Below, piece after piece: positions 31,747 to 43,692 of a DNA stretch of 64,000 nt. Position 1 is the stretch's first letter. Each line of letters begins with the position of its first letter. The notes under the pieces are model-generated. The model ran no database searches. It worked only from the letters and a program-made list of their open reading frames with translations, and was not told where the DNA came from. This DNA is from an uncultured Kingella sp. (GTDB lineage Bacteria; Pseudomonadota; Gammaproteobacteria; Burkholderiales; Neisseriaceae). The DNA is taken from NCBI GenBank assembly GCA_963520365.1, contig CAUQQW010000002.1, positions 37-64,036 on the forward strand, read 5' to 3'. The position numbers and the translations under genes are program-made.

Positions 31747-32667
31747 ATGCCTGTTAGCCATCAATTGCAACCGTTTGAGCAAGTGGATTTGGGGGATAAA
31801 AAAGATAGTTTGAAAGTGTTTGAAGAGGCAGTAATGAAATATCGGGGAGCGGTGTCGCAAGAGGATAACGACCGCGCGCCGTTGCCTGCGGATTATCCTT
31901 ATGATGAGCGGATGAGTCGCCGCGTGTATGAAACACAAAAAGAGAAATTGCAGATTGAGCTGTTGAAAGTGCAAAGCTGGGTGAAAGACAGCGGGCAGCG
32001 GATTGTGAGCTTGTTTGAAGGGCGCGATGCGGCAGGTAAGGGCGGCACGATTAAGCGGTTTATGGAGCATTTGAACCCGCGCGGCGCGCGTATTGTGGCG
32101 TTGGAAAAACCTACGGAAGTGGAACGTGGGCAATGGTATTTTCAGCGTTATATTCAAAATTTGCCCACGGCGGGCGAGATGGTGTTTTTTGACCGCTCTT
32201 GGTACAACCGCGCAGGGGTGGAGCGCGTGATGGGATTTTGCACGCCACAGGAATATTTGCTGTTTATGCGGCAAACGCCCGAATTGGAACGGATGCTGAT
32301 TGATAGCGGCGTGCATCTGTTTAAATTTTGGTTTTCGGTGTCGCGGGAAGAACAACTGCGGCGGTTTGTGTCGCGCTATTCCGACCCATTGAAACATTGG
32401 AAATTGTCGCCTGTGGACGTGCAATCGCTGGACCGCTGGGATGCCTACACGGAAGCAAAAAACGCCATGTTCTTCCACACGCATAATAAAAACTCGCCTT
32501 GGGTGATTATTAAATCGGACGACAAAAAACGGGCGCGGCTCAATTGCATTCGCTATTTCTTGTATGCGCTGGATTATCCAAACAAAGATTGGGACGCGAT
32601 TGGCGAGCTGGACGAACTTTTGGTTACGCAGCCTGATATGAATGCGGTGGCGCAGGAGCGGGGGTAG
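31747..32667 (+). CDS. ppk2: Polyphosphate kinase 2
   Basis: FEGRDAAGKGGTIKR, FDRSWYNRAGVERVMGF, DKKRARLN. Confidence 0.96.
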   Translation: MPVSHQLQPFEQVDLGDKKDSLKVFEEAVMKYRGAVSQEDNDRAPLPADYPYDERMSRRVYETQKEKLQIELLKVQSWVKDSGQRIVSLFEGRDAAGKGGTIKRFMEHLNPRGARIVALEKPTEVERGQWYFQRYIQNLPTAGEMVFFDRSWYNRAGVERVMGFCTPQEYLLFMRQTPELERMLIDSGVHLFKFWFSVSREEQLRRFVSRYSDPLKHWKLSPVDVQSLDRWDAYTEAKNAMFFHTHNKNSPWVIIKSDDKKRARLNCIRYFLYALDYPNKDWDAIGELDELLVTQPDMNAVAQERG

Positions 32668-32890
32668 TTTGAAAGAGAAAGGCTGCCTGAAAATGTGGTG
32701 AATCTGTTTTAGCTTCGCTGAAACTCGTTCCGCCCGTTTTCAGGCTGCCTTTTGGGTATTGGTAACACAGTGGCGGTAAACTTTATTTTGCAAGGCTTTA
32801 AGTATCGCCGAATAACCATTGTGCAAATAAATAGGCAGCCTGAAAACGCCATAAACTCGTTTTCAGGCTGCCTAATTTAATGGTTCACAA

Positions 32891-34180
32891 CTACACGCGC
32901 TGTTTCAACCCAGCCACCGCCGCCATTGCCAACAGCAATACAATCGCCGAGCCAAAATACAATTGATTTTTTTGCCAACCTGCATCCAGCAGCATTCCCA
33001 CCAACACAGGCGAAGTCATAGAGCCAATCCGCCCCACGCCAATCGCCACGGAAACGCCCGTGCTGCGAAAATCCGCTTCCCACAGCGCAGGGTTAATGGT
33101 GTACAAGCCCGCGATGCAGCCATTGGACAACGCGCCCAACACCACCGCCAGCACTAAAGCCAGCGACAAATTCGCCGTGGCGGGTACAAATGCACATACC
33201 GCAGCCGCTGCTAAGCCTGCAAACGCTATCAACATCGTGCGTGCGCCCCAGCGGCTCACCAAAAAGCCAAACAGCAGCGAACCCGCCGCGCCGCCAATGG
33301 AAATTGCCATGCCCACAGTTTGGCTTTTTGCCTTGCTCATGCCTGCTTCTTCCAGCAGCGCAGGTGTCCACGAGCTGATGAAGTAATACGCTGCAGTAAC
33401 CGTGATAAATGCTAACCAAATCAACAACGTGGTACGCAAATAATCCGCCTGAAACAAGCGCAACACCGACACGCCGCCCGCGCGATGATTTTGCTCGGGA
33501 AACGCCCAATCGCCATGCAAGCCCATTTTTGCCGCAATCGCATCTAGCCGCGCTTTGGCGTTGGCAGGACGGCGGTTGAGCAAATAATCCACGCTTTCAG
33601 GCAGCAGCGCCACCAGTGCCACAAACGCAATCGCCGTTAGCAGCGCGCCCACCAAAAACACCGAGCGCCAACCATACTGCGTTTGCAGCATCACCGCCGA
33701 CATCCCGCCCACCATCGCGCCGATGCCAAAGCCCGACGCATAAATCGCAATCGCCAAGCCATGCCATTTTTTGTTGGCATACTCGCTTACCAACACATTG
33801 GTGCAAGGCAAAATGCCGCCCACGCCAAAGCCCGTCAGCAAGCGCGAAACCGCCAGCCATTCAATAGAATGTGACCACACCGTTAGCAGCATCCCAGCCG
33901 CCGACAGCAAAACCGACAGCATCAACACAGGGCGTCGCCCCAATTTATCCGCCAACGGTCCAAGCAGTAGCGAACCCACCGTCATCCCCACAAAACCCGC
34001 GCTCATCAGCGAGCCAATCTGCCCGCCCGTTAAGCCCAGCTCGCTTTTAATGCTTTTGGCAGTAAACGCCACCGCCAGCACATCAAAACCATCCAGCATA
34101 TTCAGCACCACCGCCAAAATCACCACCAGCCATTGAAAGCTCGTCATCGGGCGTTGTTGGATTTGTTGTTTTAAATTCAT
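32891..34180 (-). CDS. MFS transporter, aromatic acid:H+ symporter-like (PcaK/BenK family)
   Basis: LDGFDVLA, GPLADKLGRRPVL, VSEYA, WTPALL; 12-TM pattern. Confidence 0.82.
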   Translation of the reverse strand: MNLKQQIQQRPMTSFQWLVVILAVVLNMLDGFDVLAVAFTAKSIKSELGLTGGQIGSLMSAGFVGMTVGSLLLGPLADKLGRRPVLMLSVLLSAAGMLLTVWSHSIEWLAVSRLLTGFGVGGILPCTNVLVSEYANKKWHGLAIAIYASGFGIGAMVGGMSAVMLQTQYGWRSVFLVGALLTAIAFVALVALLPESVDYLLNRRPANAKARLDAIAAKMGLHGDWAFPEQNHRAGGVSVLRLFQADYLRTTLLIWLAFITVTAAYYFISSWTPALLEEAGMSKAKSQTVGMAISIGGAAGSLLFGFLVSRWGARTMLIAFAGLAAAAVCAFVPATANLSLALVLAVVLGALSNGCIAGLYTINPALWEADFRSTGVSVAIGVGRIGSMTSPVLVGMLLDAGWQKNQLYFGSAIVLLLAMAAVAGLKQRV

Positions 34181-34471
34181 TTGTATTCCTCTTGATTACG
34201 ATTCGGCTGCCTGAAAAACCTTATCATCAGGCAGCCTGAAAGCCATATTAACAAAACTAAACAAACTATAACCAAGCCGCAACAAAAACACAAATCCGAA
34301 AAATACGCATCAGCCATGAAAACAATTCATACGCAAAGCCATCAGGTAGCCTGAAAAGGCATTACAATTTGCCCGCTTGGCGTTTTCATCATTCGCCAAG
34401 CAAACATTTATTCATACAAAACCCCTTTTCAGGCTGCCCATCGCCGCCCAAACCACAAAGCCCCACATCCC

Positions 34472-34894
34472 ATGATTAACCTGCTTATCATCGCCCACGA
34501 AACACTCGGCAGCGCCTACACCGCCCTTGCACAACACATCCTGCCCAACAGCCATTTTGACCACATCCATCAACTGCACGTTCAGCCCGATGACGACCAC
34601 GCCAGCATCATCCAACACGCCCAAGCGCATCTGGCGCACACCCACGCCCCACACGGCACGCTCATTCTCACCGACATCTTCGGCGCAACCCCATGCAACG
34701 CCGCATTAAAACTAGTCGTTCCGCAGCAAACCAGCATGATTACAGGGCTCAACGCCCCCATGCTCATCAAAGCGCTTGCCTATTCCGAGCGCAGCACCGA
34801 CCTCGCCAGCTTCACCGAAACAGTCAAACAAGCAGGCATCAATGGCATACTTGCGTTTAGCGAAACGCCCAATGGTTGCATTAAGGCAGCCTGA
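34472..34894 (+). CDS. PTS EIIA component, mannose/fructose type
   Basis: LLIIAHE, LILTDIFGATPCN, GLNAPML. Confidence 0.9.
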   Translation: MINLLIIAHETLGSAYTALAQHILPNSHFDHIHQLHVQPDDDHASIIQHAQAHLAHTHAPHGTLILTDIFGATPCNAALKLVVPQQTSMITGLNAPMLIKALAYSERSTDLASFTETVKQAGINGILAFSETPNGCIKAA

Positions 34895-35028
34895 AAACAG
34901 CAATCGCGTTTCAGGCTGCCATTTAGTGCATCCAAAGGCAGCCTGAAAACCCGTCCCAGTCATTTTCAGGCTGCCTGATTAGCCAAGCAGTCTGAAACGC
35001 ACGCCCACACATTCACACAGAAAGCCCC

Positions 35029-35298
35029 ATGCAAACCCAAACCCTCACCATCATCAACAAACTTGGCTTGCACGCTCGCGCATCCAGCAAATTCGTTCAA
35101 ACCGCCGTCCAATACCAAAGCGAAATCTGGGTGAGCAAAGGCGAAAAACGCATCAACGGCAAAAGCATCATGGGCTTGATGATGCTCGCCGCCGCCCAAG
35201 GCAGCGAAATCCAAATTGAAGCCAATGGCGCAGACGAAGCGCAAGCTATTCAAGCGCTCGCCGCGTTGATTAACGACTATTTTGGCGAAGGAGAATAA
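35029..35298 (+). CDS. ptsH: Phosphocarrier HPr
   Basis: NKLGLHARASS, NGKSIMGLMMLAA. Confidence 0.93.
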   Translation: MQTQTLTIINKLGLHARASSKFVQTAVQYQSEIWVSKGEKRINGKSIMGLMMLAAAQGSEIQIEANGADEAQAIQALAALINDYFGEGE

Positions 35299-35300
35299 GC

Positions 35301-37049
35301 ATGCTCGTTATCCACGGCTATTCGGCAGGCAGCGGCATCGCCATTGGGCGCGCCCACCTGATCCGCCGCAACACATCCGAAGTCTCGCAAAACGGCTTAG
35401 ACGAAGCCGAAATCCCCGCCGAAGTCGCCCGCTTTGAAGCCGCCATCAAAACCACCCGCAAGCAGCTAGAACAAATCCGCAGCAACATCCCCGAAAACGC
35501 CCCCACCGAGTTGGGCGCGTTTATTTCGCTACACCTGATGCTGCTTACCGATGTCACGCTATCGCGTGAACCCATTGATATTATTGAAGAACAACACATC
35601 AACGCCGAATGGGCACTCAAAATCCAAACCGAACGGCTCGCCCAACAATTTGACGAAATCGACGACGAATACCTGCGCCAGCGTAAACAAGATATGCTGC
35701 AAGTGGTGGAGCGCATTCAAAAAAATCTAATCGGGCAAAGCACCGAACTCAACCTAGAAGGCACGCTGCTGGACGACATCATTCTCATCGCCCACGACCT
35801 ATCCGCCGCCGACACCATCCATTTCAAAGACCAACGCATTGAAGGCTTTGTAACCGACATGGGCGGACCCACCAGCCACACCGCCATACTCGGGCGCAGT
35901 CTCAACATCCCATCTGTGATTGGGCTGGGCGCAGCGCGGCGGCTTATCCGCGAACACGAATGGGTGATTGTGGACGGCATCAGCGGCACACTCATCATCG
36001 CCCCTGATGAACTGGTGCTTGCTCAATATCGCCATCAACAAAAAAGCTACCGCAGCCAACAACGCGCGCTCAACAAGCTCAAAAAAACCGCCGCCCAAAC
36101 CCAAGACAACGAAGAAATTGAACTGCTTGCCAACATAGAAAGCAGCGAAGACATCAAAGCCCTGCACCAATTTGGCGCCGACGGCGTGGGCTTGCTGCGC
36201 AGCGAATTTCTGTTTCTCAACCGCGATGCCCCGCCCAGCGAAGACGAGCAATATCAGTTCTACGCCGACATCATCAAAAAACTCAAAGGCAAACCGCTCA
36301 CCATCCGCACCGTTGATTTAGGCGTGGACAAAAATCCACGCTGGTTTGGCAGCAACAGCAGCCCCAACGCCAGCCTAAACCCTGCGCTCGGGCTAACTGG
36401 CATCCGTTTGAGCCATGCCGAGCCCATCGTGTTTCGCACCCAACTGCGCGCCATTCTTCGCGCCGCTGTTCACGGCAAAATCAAAATCATGTTCCCCATG
36501 GTCGCCAGCCTGTCCGAACTCAAACAAAGCCTGATTCATCTGGACACCGCCAAAAAACAACTCACCGAGCGCAACGAAGCCTACGGCAGCCCCGACATCG
36601 GCTGCATGATAGAAATCCCCTCCGCCGCGCTTACCGTGTCCAGCCTGCTCAAACACGCCGATTTCATCTCCATCGGCAGCAACGACCTCATCCAATACAC
36701 CCTTTCCGTGGACAGAAACGACGACAGCGTCAGCTACCTATACCAGCCCGCCCACCCCGCCGTGCTCAAACTACTCGCCCACATCATCCGCACCGCCAAC
36801 CGCCTAGGCAAACCCGTCTCACTCTGCGGCGAAATGGCAGGCGACCCCAGCTTCACACGGCTACTGCTCGGGCTAGGGCTACGCACCTTCTCCATGAACA
36901 CCGTCAATCTGCTCGCCATCAAAGACATCATCCTACGCAGCCACATCGAACAGCTAGAAAACGACATCCAACGCCTGATGCGCAACGAAGACCCTGACAA
37001 ATCCGAAGCCCTGCTCAAAAAACTCAACGCCATCGCATACAGCGAATAA
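35301..37049 (+). CDS. ptsI: Phosphoenolpyruvate-protein phosphotransferase (enzyme I)
   Basis: GGPTSHTAILGR, GVGLLRSEFLF, SIGSNDLIQY, LCGEMAGD. Confidence 0.95.
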   Translation: MLVIHGYSAGSGIAIGRAHLIRRNTSEVSQNGLDEAEIPAEVARFEAAIKTTRKQLEQIRSNIPENAPTELGAFISLHLMLLTDVTLSREPIDIIEEQHINAEWALKIQTERLAQQFDEIDDEYLRQRKQDMLQVVERIQKNLIGQSTELNLEGTLLDDIILIAHDLSAADTIHFKDQRIEGFVTDMGGPTSHTAILGRSLNIPSVIGLGAARRLIREHEWVIVDGISGTLIIAPDELVLAQYRHQQKSYRSQQRALNKLKKTAAQTQDNEEIELLANIESSEDIKALHQFGADGVGLLRSEFLFLNRDAPPSEDEQYQFYADIIKKLKGKPLTIRTVDLGVDKNPRWFGSNSSPNASLNPALGLTGIRLSHAEPIVFRTQLRAILRAAVHGKIKIMFPMVASLSELKQSLIHLDTAKKQLTERNEAYGSPDIGCMIEIPSAALTVSSLLKHADFISIGSNDLIQYTLSVDRNDDSVSYLYQPAHPAVLKLLAHIIRTANRLGKPVSLCGEMAGDPSFTRLLLGLGLRTFSMNTVNLLAIKDIILRSHIEQLENDIQRLMRNEDPDKSEALLKKLNAIAYSE

Positions 37050-37200
37050 CAACAAGGCAGCCTGAAAACCGAATTTAGGTTTTCAGGCTGCCGAACCATT
37101 TTCAGGCTGCCTAATAATTTCCCCATTTATTCACAAAAGGCAGCCTGAAAACCAAAAAAAGGACAACCCCAAAGGCTGTCCTTTTTCATCAAACCAAAAA

Positions 37201-37572
37201 TTACGCTTCTTGTTTACGAGCAGGCAATTTTTCTTTAATACGCGCTGCTTTACCGGTCAAGCCACGCAAGTAATACAATTTCGCACGGCGCACATCACCG
37301 CGACGTTTCACTTCAATTTTTTCCACATTAGGCGAGTACAGTTGGAAAGTACGCTCAACGCCTTCGCCGCTAGAAATTTTGCGGACGATAAAGTTGCTGT
37401 TCAAGCCACGGTTGCGACGCGCAATCACCACGCCTTCATACGCTTGCAAACGGCTGCGGTTGCCTTCCACCACGCGCACAGATACCACAACGGTGTCGCC
37501 AGGTGCAAATTCAGGGATTTCTTTGTTCAAACGAGCAATTTCTTCTTGCTCTAATTGTTGGATTAAATTCAT
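37201..37572 (-). CDS. rplS: 50S ribosomal protein L19
   Basis: EFAPGDTV...GVERTF...[10 protein letters not shown]. Confidence 0.99.
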   Translation of the reverse strand: MNLIQQLEQEEIARLNKEIPEFAPGDTVVVSVRVVEGNRSRLQAYEGVVIARRNRGLNSNFIVRKISSGEGVERTFQLYSPNVEKIEVKRRGDVRRAKLYYLRGLTGKAARIKEKLPARKQEA

Positions 37573-37596
37573 GATTTTTCCTTAATATAATATGGA

Positions 37597-38346
37597 TTAC
37601 GCCTGTTGCTCTTGTTCCAAACGGATTTTCTGCAAGAGACGGGCTTCCTGTGGGAGTAAACAACGCGCATCCAAAAGCTCGGGACGGCGTTTTAAAGTGC
37701 GGCGCAGCGATTGTTCTAATCGCCATTCCGCTATCAGCGCATGATTGCCCGATCTCAATACATCGGGAACGCTCATGCCCTGAAATTCTGTGGGGCGCGT
37801 GTAGTGCGGACAATCCAGCAAACCATTAGCAAATGAATCTTGCTCTGCCGAAGCCATGTCGCCCAACACATCGGGCACAAAACGCAAAACAGCATCCATC
37901 AACATCATGGCGGGCAACTCGCCCCCCGAAACCACAAAATCGCCAATGGAAATTTCTTCATCTACGCTGTGCATCAACACGCGCTCATCAATGCCTTCAT
38001 AACGCCCACACAATAAAATCAAGCTGTCGTATTGGGATAAAGAAAGCACCTTTTGGTGCGTAAGCGGTGTGCCTTGTGGGCTTAAATAGATCACGCGGTG
38101 ATTGGGCGTGGGGCTTTGCGCTTTGGTGACATCAATGGCAGCCTGAATCGGCGGTGCCATCATAATCATGCCAGGACCGCCGCCAAAGGGGCGATCGTCA
38201 ATATAACCGAGTTTATTATCAGCGAATTGGCGTGGATTGATGGCAGCAAATTGCCACAGATTCTGCTTTAATGCACGCCCTGTTACGCCGTATTCGGTGA
38301 TGCTGGCAAACATCTCGGGAAATAGCGTAATGGCTTGAATAAACAT
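37597..38346 (-). CDS. trmD: tRNA (guanine37-N1)-methyltransferase
   Basis: [33 protein letters not shown]. Confidence 0.98.
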   Translation of the reverse strand: MFIQAITLFPEMFASITEYGVTGRALKQNLWQFAAINPRQFADNKLGYIDDRPFGGGPGMIMMAPPIQAAIDVTKAQSPTPNHRVIYLSPQGTPLTHQKVLSLSQYDSLILLCGRYEGIDERVLMHSVDEEISIGDFVVSGGELPAMMLMDAVLRFVPDVLGDMASAEQDSFANGLLDCPHYTRPTEFQGMSVPDVLRSGNHALIAEWRLEQSLRRTLKRRPELLDARCLLPQEARLLQKIRLEQEQQA

Positions 38347-38855
38347 CAGTAATCCAAACCCCAGTCGCAAGTGATTTGGCGATTTTCGTTATCCACGTTG
38401 TCAATAAATTGCTCAACGAATGGAATGAGTTTTTCGCCGTACTCGCCGCGCACGATTAAAATATCGTGTGCGCCTGTTTCCATGAGATTGACGACTTCGC
38501 CAAGGCTGATGCCGTCGCGGTTTTTGACTACCATGCCGACTAAATCTGCCCAGTAGTATTCGCCATCTTCGGTGGGTTCAAACTGGCTGCGAGAGACTTC
38601 TATGGTGTAGCCACGCAAGAGAGCGGCTGCATCGCGGTCGTTGATGTGGGCGAGTTTGACTTGCAATTCGTCGCCTGCAATTTTGCCGCTTTCTACTTCG
38701 GCGAGAATGTGCTCTTCGCCTTTGCTTAAACGCCATTGTGGGTAGTCTAATAGGCTATCGGTGTATTCGGTGTCGGATTGGACTTTTATCCAGCCTTTGA
38801 TGCCGAATGCGCCTTTGATGTAGCCCATTGCTACCCAGTTTTGCGTGTGGCTCAT
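38346..38855 (-). CDS. rimM: Ribosome maturation factor RimM
   Basis: [33 protein letters not shown]. Confidence 0.97.
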   Translation of the reverse strand: MSHTQNWVAMGYIKGAFGIKGWIKVQSDTEYTDSLLDYPQWRLSKGEEHILAEVESGKIAGDELQVKLAHINDRDAAALLRGYTIEVSRSQFEPTEDGEYYWADLVGMVVKNRDGISLGEVVNLMETGAHDILIVRGEYGEKLIPFVEQFIDNVDNENRQITCDWGLDY

Positions 38856-38865
38856 GGCGTGGAAA

Positions 38866-39114
38866 TTAGGCGGCGGCTTTTTGTTCTGCTACCAATTTGG
38901 CAACGGCATCGCTCACTTGTGCGCCGTTGGTAACCCAGTGGTTCAGGCGGTCGGCGTGGATGCGGATACGCTCTTGTTTTTCGTTGGCAACGGGGTTGTA
39001 GAAGCCTACGCGTTCAATAAAGCGACCATCGCGGCGAGCTTGTTTGTCGGCTGCAACGATGTAGAAAAATGGGCGTTTTTTTGAGCCACCACGGGCTAAA
39101 CGGATTACTACCAT
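38866..39114 (-). CDS. rpsP: 30S ribosomal protein S16
   Basis: [16 protein letters not shown]...[14 protein letters not shown]. Confidence 0.99.
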   Translation of the reverse strand: MVVIRLARGGSKKRPFFYIVAADKQARRDGRFIERVGFYNPVANEKQERIRIHADRLNHWVTNGAQVSDAVAKLVAEQKAAA

Positions 39115-39266
39115 GTTTGGGATTCCTTGTTTGGGAAAGTTGTGAATATGGAAAACCGCGCATTCTAGTGGATTTTCTTGGGTTTAGGCAAGTGTTTATT
39201 TTGGATGTTGGGGGGCAGTATAATGCGGGTTTTATTGTTTTCAGACTGCCTGAAAGGGGTTTGGTT

Positions 39267-40340
39267 ATGCGTCCGTTGGTGTGCGAAATTCGGTTGAATC
39301 ATTTGCGCGATAATTACAAGTTTTTAAAATCGTTGCATGGGGGGAAATTGCTGGCGGTGGTGAAGGCGAATGCTTATGGGCATGGTGCGGTGCCGTGTGC
39401 GCGGGCGTTGCATAATGTGGCGGATGGCTTTGCGGTGGCGTTTTTGGAAGAGGCGATTGAGCTGCGCGAGGCGGGGGTTACTAAGCCGATTGTGTTGTTG
39501 GAGGGGGTGTTTCAGGCTGCTGATTATGCGGTGGTGCAGGAGTATCGTTTGTGGCCGGTGGTGCATTGTCAGGCGCAGTTGGAGAGTTTGCTGGCGTTTG
39601 ATTGGCGTGAGCCTGCGACGGTGTGGCTGAAAATGGATAGTGGCATGCACCGCGTGGGCTTTTTTCCGCACAATTATGCGGCGGCGTTTGCGGCGTTGCG
39701 CCAGAGCGATAAGGTGGGGGAGATTGTGAAGATGTCGCATTTTGCCTGCGCGGATGAAGCGGACGATGGAATCACGCAGATGCAGTTGGAAGCGTTTGAT
39801 TTGGCGTGCGAAGGGCTGGAAGGCGCGGAGAGTTTGGCGAATTCGGCGGCGGTGATGGCGCATCCTGCGGCGCGGCGCGATTGGGGGCGGGCGGGGTTGG
39901 CGCTGTATGGGGTAGATCCGTTTGGGGCGTTTTCAGGCAGCCTGAAACCTGTTATGCGGTTGAAAAGCCAAGTGTTTTCGGAGCGGGTGTTGCAGCCGCA
40001 TGAGCCGATTGGCTATGGGGCTTCGTTTTATACCAAGCGTTCCACGCGGGTGGGCTTGGTGGCGGGGGGGTATGCGGATGGTTATCCGCGCCGCGCAGGG
40101 AACGATACGCCCGTGGCGATTGGTGGGGTGCGCAGTCGTTTGATTGGGCGGATTTCTATGGATATGCTAACGGTGGATTTGCAGCAGGCGAATATGGGCG
40201 TGGGCAGCGAAGTGGAATTGTTTGGCGATGTGGTGAATGTGAACGAAGTGGCGGCGGCAGCGGGGACGGTGGCTTATGAGATTTTGTGCAATGTGAAGCG
40301 GGCGAGAAAGATTTATTTGGGCGGCGAGCTGAAAGGCTGA
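39267..40340 (+). CDS. alr: Alanine racemase
   Basis: AVVKANAYGHG, KMDSGMHRVG, GYADGYPR, GRISMD. Confidence 0.96.
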   Translation: MRPLVCEIRLNHLRDNYKFLKSLHGGKLLAVVKANAYGHGAVPCARALHNVADGFAVAFLEEAIELREAGVTKPIVLLEGVFQAADYAVVQEYRLWPVVHCQAQLESLLAFDWREPATVWLKMDSGMHRVGFFPHNYAAAFAALRQSDKVGEIVKMSHFACADEADDGITQMQLEAFDLACEGLEGAESLANSAAVMAHPAARRDWGRAGLALYGVDPFGAFSGSLKPVMRLKSQVFSERVLQPHEPIGYGASFYTKRSTRVGLVAGGYADGYPRRAGNDTPVAIGGVRSRLIGRISMDMLTVDLQQANMGVGSEVELFGDVVNVNEVAAAAGTVAYEILCNVKRARKIYLGGELKG

Positions 40341-40572
40341 AACAGGTTTTCAGGCTGCCTTTGGTGGCGCACGCAAGGCAGCCTGCGTAGCGAAGCGGAG
40401 TTGCGAAGCTAAAATGGGTGACGGCTTGGCGAGCGGATAAAGATGGGGCGAAACAACGTCTTGCATTCGCGTTTATTGGGCAATCATGGCACAATGTGCT
40501 GTTTTCAGGCTGCCTTTGGGAGCAGTTTGCCAATAATCGGCAGCCTGAAAACAATTTCAAAGGATTTAAACC

Positions 40573-41031
40573 ATGCTTAAACATTCTTTTCTTGCCGTTG
40601 CCATGCTGATTTTGCTTGCCGCTTGCGCGAGCGATGGCGGTTCTAAAAACCCCGCGATGAAAGCCATCGGCAGCTGGAAAGAAATCGGCAAAATCAACGA
40701 TGGCAATATTGATGTTTCCTACGACACAGGCAGCCTGAAACGGCAGGGCAACACCGCCACGCTCACCGATCGCAAATATGTTCACAAGCCGAGCAAAGAA
40801 AATTACCGCAACACGCCTGAATATAAATACGTTATCAGCCAATGGTCGTTTCAATGCGATTCGCGCCATTTTCGCGTAACACAAGCGCAGTTTTTTAACG
40901 ACAAAGGCGCATCGCTTGCCAAGCATCAATATTCTGCCAGCCAAACGCGCTATGAAAGCGCATTGCCCGACACCCCCGCCGCCAGTTTGTTGAACATCGC
41001 TTGCGCCCCGCAAACCGCTGCGAAGAAATAA
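40573..41031 (+). CDS. Lipoprotein, possibly surface-adhesin E-like family
   Basis: Lipobox [15 protein letters not shown]...WSFQCDSR...IAC pattern. Confidence 0.55.
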   Translation: MLKHSFLAVAMLILLAACASDGGSKNPAMKAIGSWKEIGKINDGNIDVSYDTGSLKRQGNTATLTDRKYVHKPSKENYRNTPEYKYVISQWSFQCDSRHFRVTQAQFFNDKGASLAKHQYSASQTRYESALPDTPAASLLNIACAPQTAAKK

Positions 41032-41131
41032 CCAAACACCCATAGGCAGCCTGAAACGCCGTATCCGTTTTCAGGCTGCCCTTGTTATCCTTTTTATCCT
41101 TTTTACCCTTTTGTTCACATTGAGAACCATC

Positions 41132-42556
41132 ATGTCCAACCTAATTGTTTACAACACACTCACCCGCCAAAAAGAACCGTTTACTCCGCTCAACCCCGAA
41201 AACGTGCGCATGTATGTTTGCGGCATGACCGTGTATGACTACTGCCACCTCGGGCACGCCCGCGTGCTGGTGGTGTTTGACATGATTGCCCGCTGGCTGC
41301 GCCAACACGGCTACCCGCTCACCTATGTGCGCAACATCACCGACATCGATGACAAAATCATCGCCCGCGCCAACGAAAACGGCGAAACCATCGGGCAGCT
41401 CACCGCTCGCTTCATCCAAGCCATGAACGAAGATTCCGACGCGCTGGGCGTGCAGCGCCCCGATGTTGAGCCCAAGGCCACCGAACACATCGCCCAAATG
41501 ATTGCCATGATTGAGCAGCTGATTGCCAACGGCAAGGCCTATGCCGCCGACAACGGTGATGTTTACTACGCCGTGCGCGAATTCCCCGCCTATGGGCAGC
41601 TATCGGGCAAATCGCTGGATGACTTACGCGCAGGTGAGCGCGTGGAAGTGGATGGTTTTAAGCGCGATCCTTTGGATTTTGTGCTGTGGAAAGCTGCCAA
41701 GCCCGAAGAGCCGCATTGGCAAAGCCCGTGGGGCAACGGACGACCAGGCTGGCACATTGAATGCTCCGCGATGGGCGGCGAACTGTTTGGCGACACGTTT
41801 GACATCCACGGCGGCGGCGCAGATTTGCAATTCCCCCACCACGAAAACGAAATCGCCCAAAGCTGCGGCGCACACCACGGCATTTGCGGCGAACACGCGC
41901 CACACGTTGCCAACAAAATCATTGACAGCCATGTGAAATACTGGCTGCACAACGGCTTTATCCGAGTGGACAACGAAAAAATGTCCAAATCGCTGGGCAA
42001 TTTCTTTACCATCCGCGACGTGCTGAAAAAATACGATGCCGAAGTGGTGCGCTTTTTCATTTTGCGCGCGCACTACCGCAGCCCGCTCAATTATTCCGAT
42101 GCGCATTTGGACGATGCCAAACACTCGCTCACCAGCTTGTATAACGCCTTGGGCAATGTCGCCCCTGCCGCCTTCGCATTAAGCGAAAACGCCAACGATT
42201 ACACCCGACGCTTTTATGCCGCAATGGACGACGATTTTGACACGGTCAAAGCCGTTGCCGTGTTGTTTGAATTGGCGAAAGAAATCAACAAAACCCAGTC
42301 TGCCGAACTTTCAGGCTGCCTGAAAGCGCTGGCAGGCGTGTTGGGCTTGCTGCAACGCGAACCGAGCGCATTCTTGCAAGGCGGCGCGCCTGCCGATGGC
42401 TTGACGGCGGAAGCGATTGAAGCGCTGATTGCCCAACGCAACCGAGCGCGCGCCGACAAAAACTGGGCGGAATCCGACCGCATCCGCGATGAACTTGCCG
42501 CACAAGGCGTGGTGTTGCGCGATGCAGGTGGCGAAACGACGTGGACGCGCGAATAG
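41132..42556 (+). CDS. cysS: Cysteine--tRNA ligase
   Basis: [32 protein letters not shown]. Confidence 0.99.
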   Translation: MSNLIVYNTLTRQKEPFTPLNPENVRMYVCGMTVYDYCHLGHARVLVVFDMIARWLRQHGYPLTYVRNITDIDDKIIARANENGETIGQLTARFIQAMNEDSDALGVQRPDVEPKATEHIAQMIAMIEQLIANGKAYAADNGDVYYAVREFPAYGQLSGKSLDDLRAGERVEVDGFKRDPLDFVLWKAAKPEEPHWQSPWGNGRPGWHIECSAMGGELFGDTFDIHGGGADLQFPHHENEIAQSCGAHHGICGEHAPHVANKIIDSHVKYWLHNGFIRVDNEKMSKSLGNFFTIRDVLKKYDAEVVRFFILRAHYRSPLNYSDAHLDDAKHSLTSLYNALGNVAPAAFALSENANDYTRRFYAAMDDDFDTVKAVAVLFELAKEINKTQSAELSGCLKALAGVLGLLQREPSAFLQGGAPADGLTAEAIEALIAQRNRARADKNWAESDRIRDELAAQGVVLRDAGGETTWTRE

Positions 42557-42819
42557 GGTAGGGTGGCAATGGCGTGAACCGAACCGCTTTCGCGCCATTG
42601 CCCATCACACGCAATACGCCATAAAGGCAGCCTGAAACGGATGATGCGGTTTCAGGCTGCCTTTGGTGTTGTGGGTGGCAAAGCGGTGGGAGAATTTCAG
42701 CTTATGCTGTGGCGTGGTGATGGCTCGTTGCCAGATGGTTGGTATAAGATATTTCAGGCTGCCTGAACAATCCAAGGCAGCCTGAAATGTCTTATTGCGG
42801 GTAAAACGTGAATGCTTGA

Positions 42820-43659
42820 TTATTTCGCCGCCGCAGCCGATGCTTCCGCCGCTTGCTCAGGCATAGAAGATTTGAACCATTTTTGGTAAATCTTATCAAA
42901 CGTGCCATCTGCTTTCACTTGCTCTATGCCTGCATTGAGTTTTTTGAGCAATTCAGGCTTGCCCTTGGCAACCGCCAACGCGTAATAATCTTTGGGCAAT
43001 GATGGGTCAATAATCACGCGCAGTTTTCGGTCTTTGTAGTTATTGGCGTAATAAGTGAGCGGCGCGACATCAGTAAATGCAGCATCCACTTCTTTACGCA
43101 TTACTTGCTGCACCGCAGCCCATACGCTGGTATTGTGTACAATAGAGCCGTTGCCTGCTTGTATCTTCGATAGCATATCTTCGCCCACGGAGCCTTCTAC
43201 GATAGCAACTTTTTTGCCTTTTAAATCGTTGACTGTTGTGATGGTGCTGCCTTCGGGTACCAATAATGCCTGTGAGCTTTCAAAGTGCGAATTGGTAAAA
43301 TCCACCAAGGCTCTACGCTCATCCGTAATAGAAATCGCCGATACCGCCATATCCGCCCCTTTGCCCAAGTCTTCCAGCATACCTGTGAAATCATGCGGAA
43401 TAAAATTGGGACGGAAGCCTTGTTTGTCGCCAATGGCGGTAACAATATCAATACCAAAGCCAGAAGGGCGGTTATCCGCATCCGCCATCACAAACGGGGC
43501 GATGCCGTTGATGTCAAAGTAAACGTTATACACAGGGCGGCTATCGGTGATGGCGACATCAGATGCCACTTTGGGTTCAGCAACTTTTTTCACTTCGGAT
43601 TGCCCGCAGCCAAACAATGCTAATGCGGCAACCAAGGGAATTAAACGTGTCATTTTCAT
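42820..43659 (-). CDS. Polar amino-acid ABC substrate-binding lipoprotein (SBP family 3)
   Basis: Lipobox LFGC; GFGIDI, SAISITDERRALVDFT, DGTFDKIYQKWF. Confidence 0.88.
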   Translation of the reverse strand: MKMTRLIPLVAALALFGCGQSEVKKVAEPKVASDVAITDSRPVYNVYFDINGIAPFVMADADNRPSGFGIDIVTAIGDKQGFRPNFIPHDFTGMLEDLGKGADMAVSAISITDERRALVDFTNSHFESSQALLVPEGSTITTVNDLKGKKVAIVEGSVGEDMLSKIQAGNGSIVHNTSVWAAVQQVMRKEVDAAFTDVAPLTYYANNYKDRKLRVIIDPSLPKDYYALAVAKGKPELLKKLNAGIEQVKADGTFDKIYQKWFKSSMPEQAAEASAAAAK

Positions 43660-43692
43660 AATTTGTCTTTCGCGTTTTCAGGCTGGCTAAGA

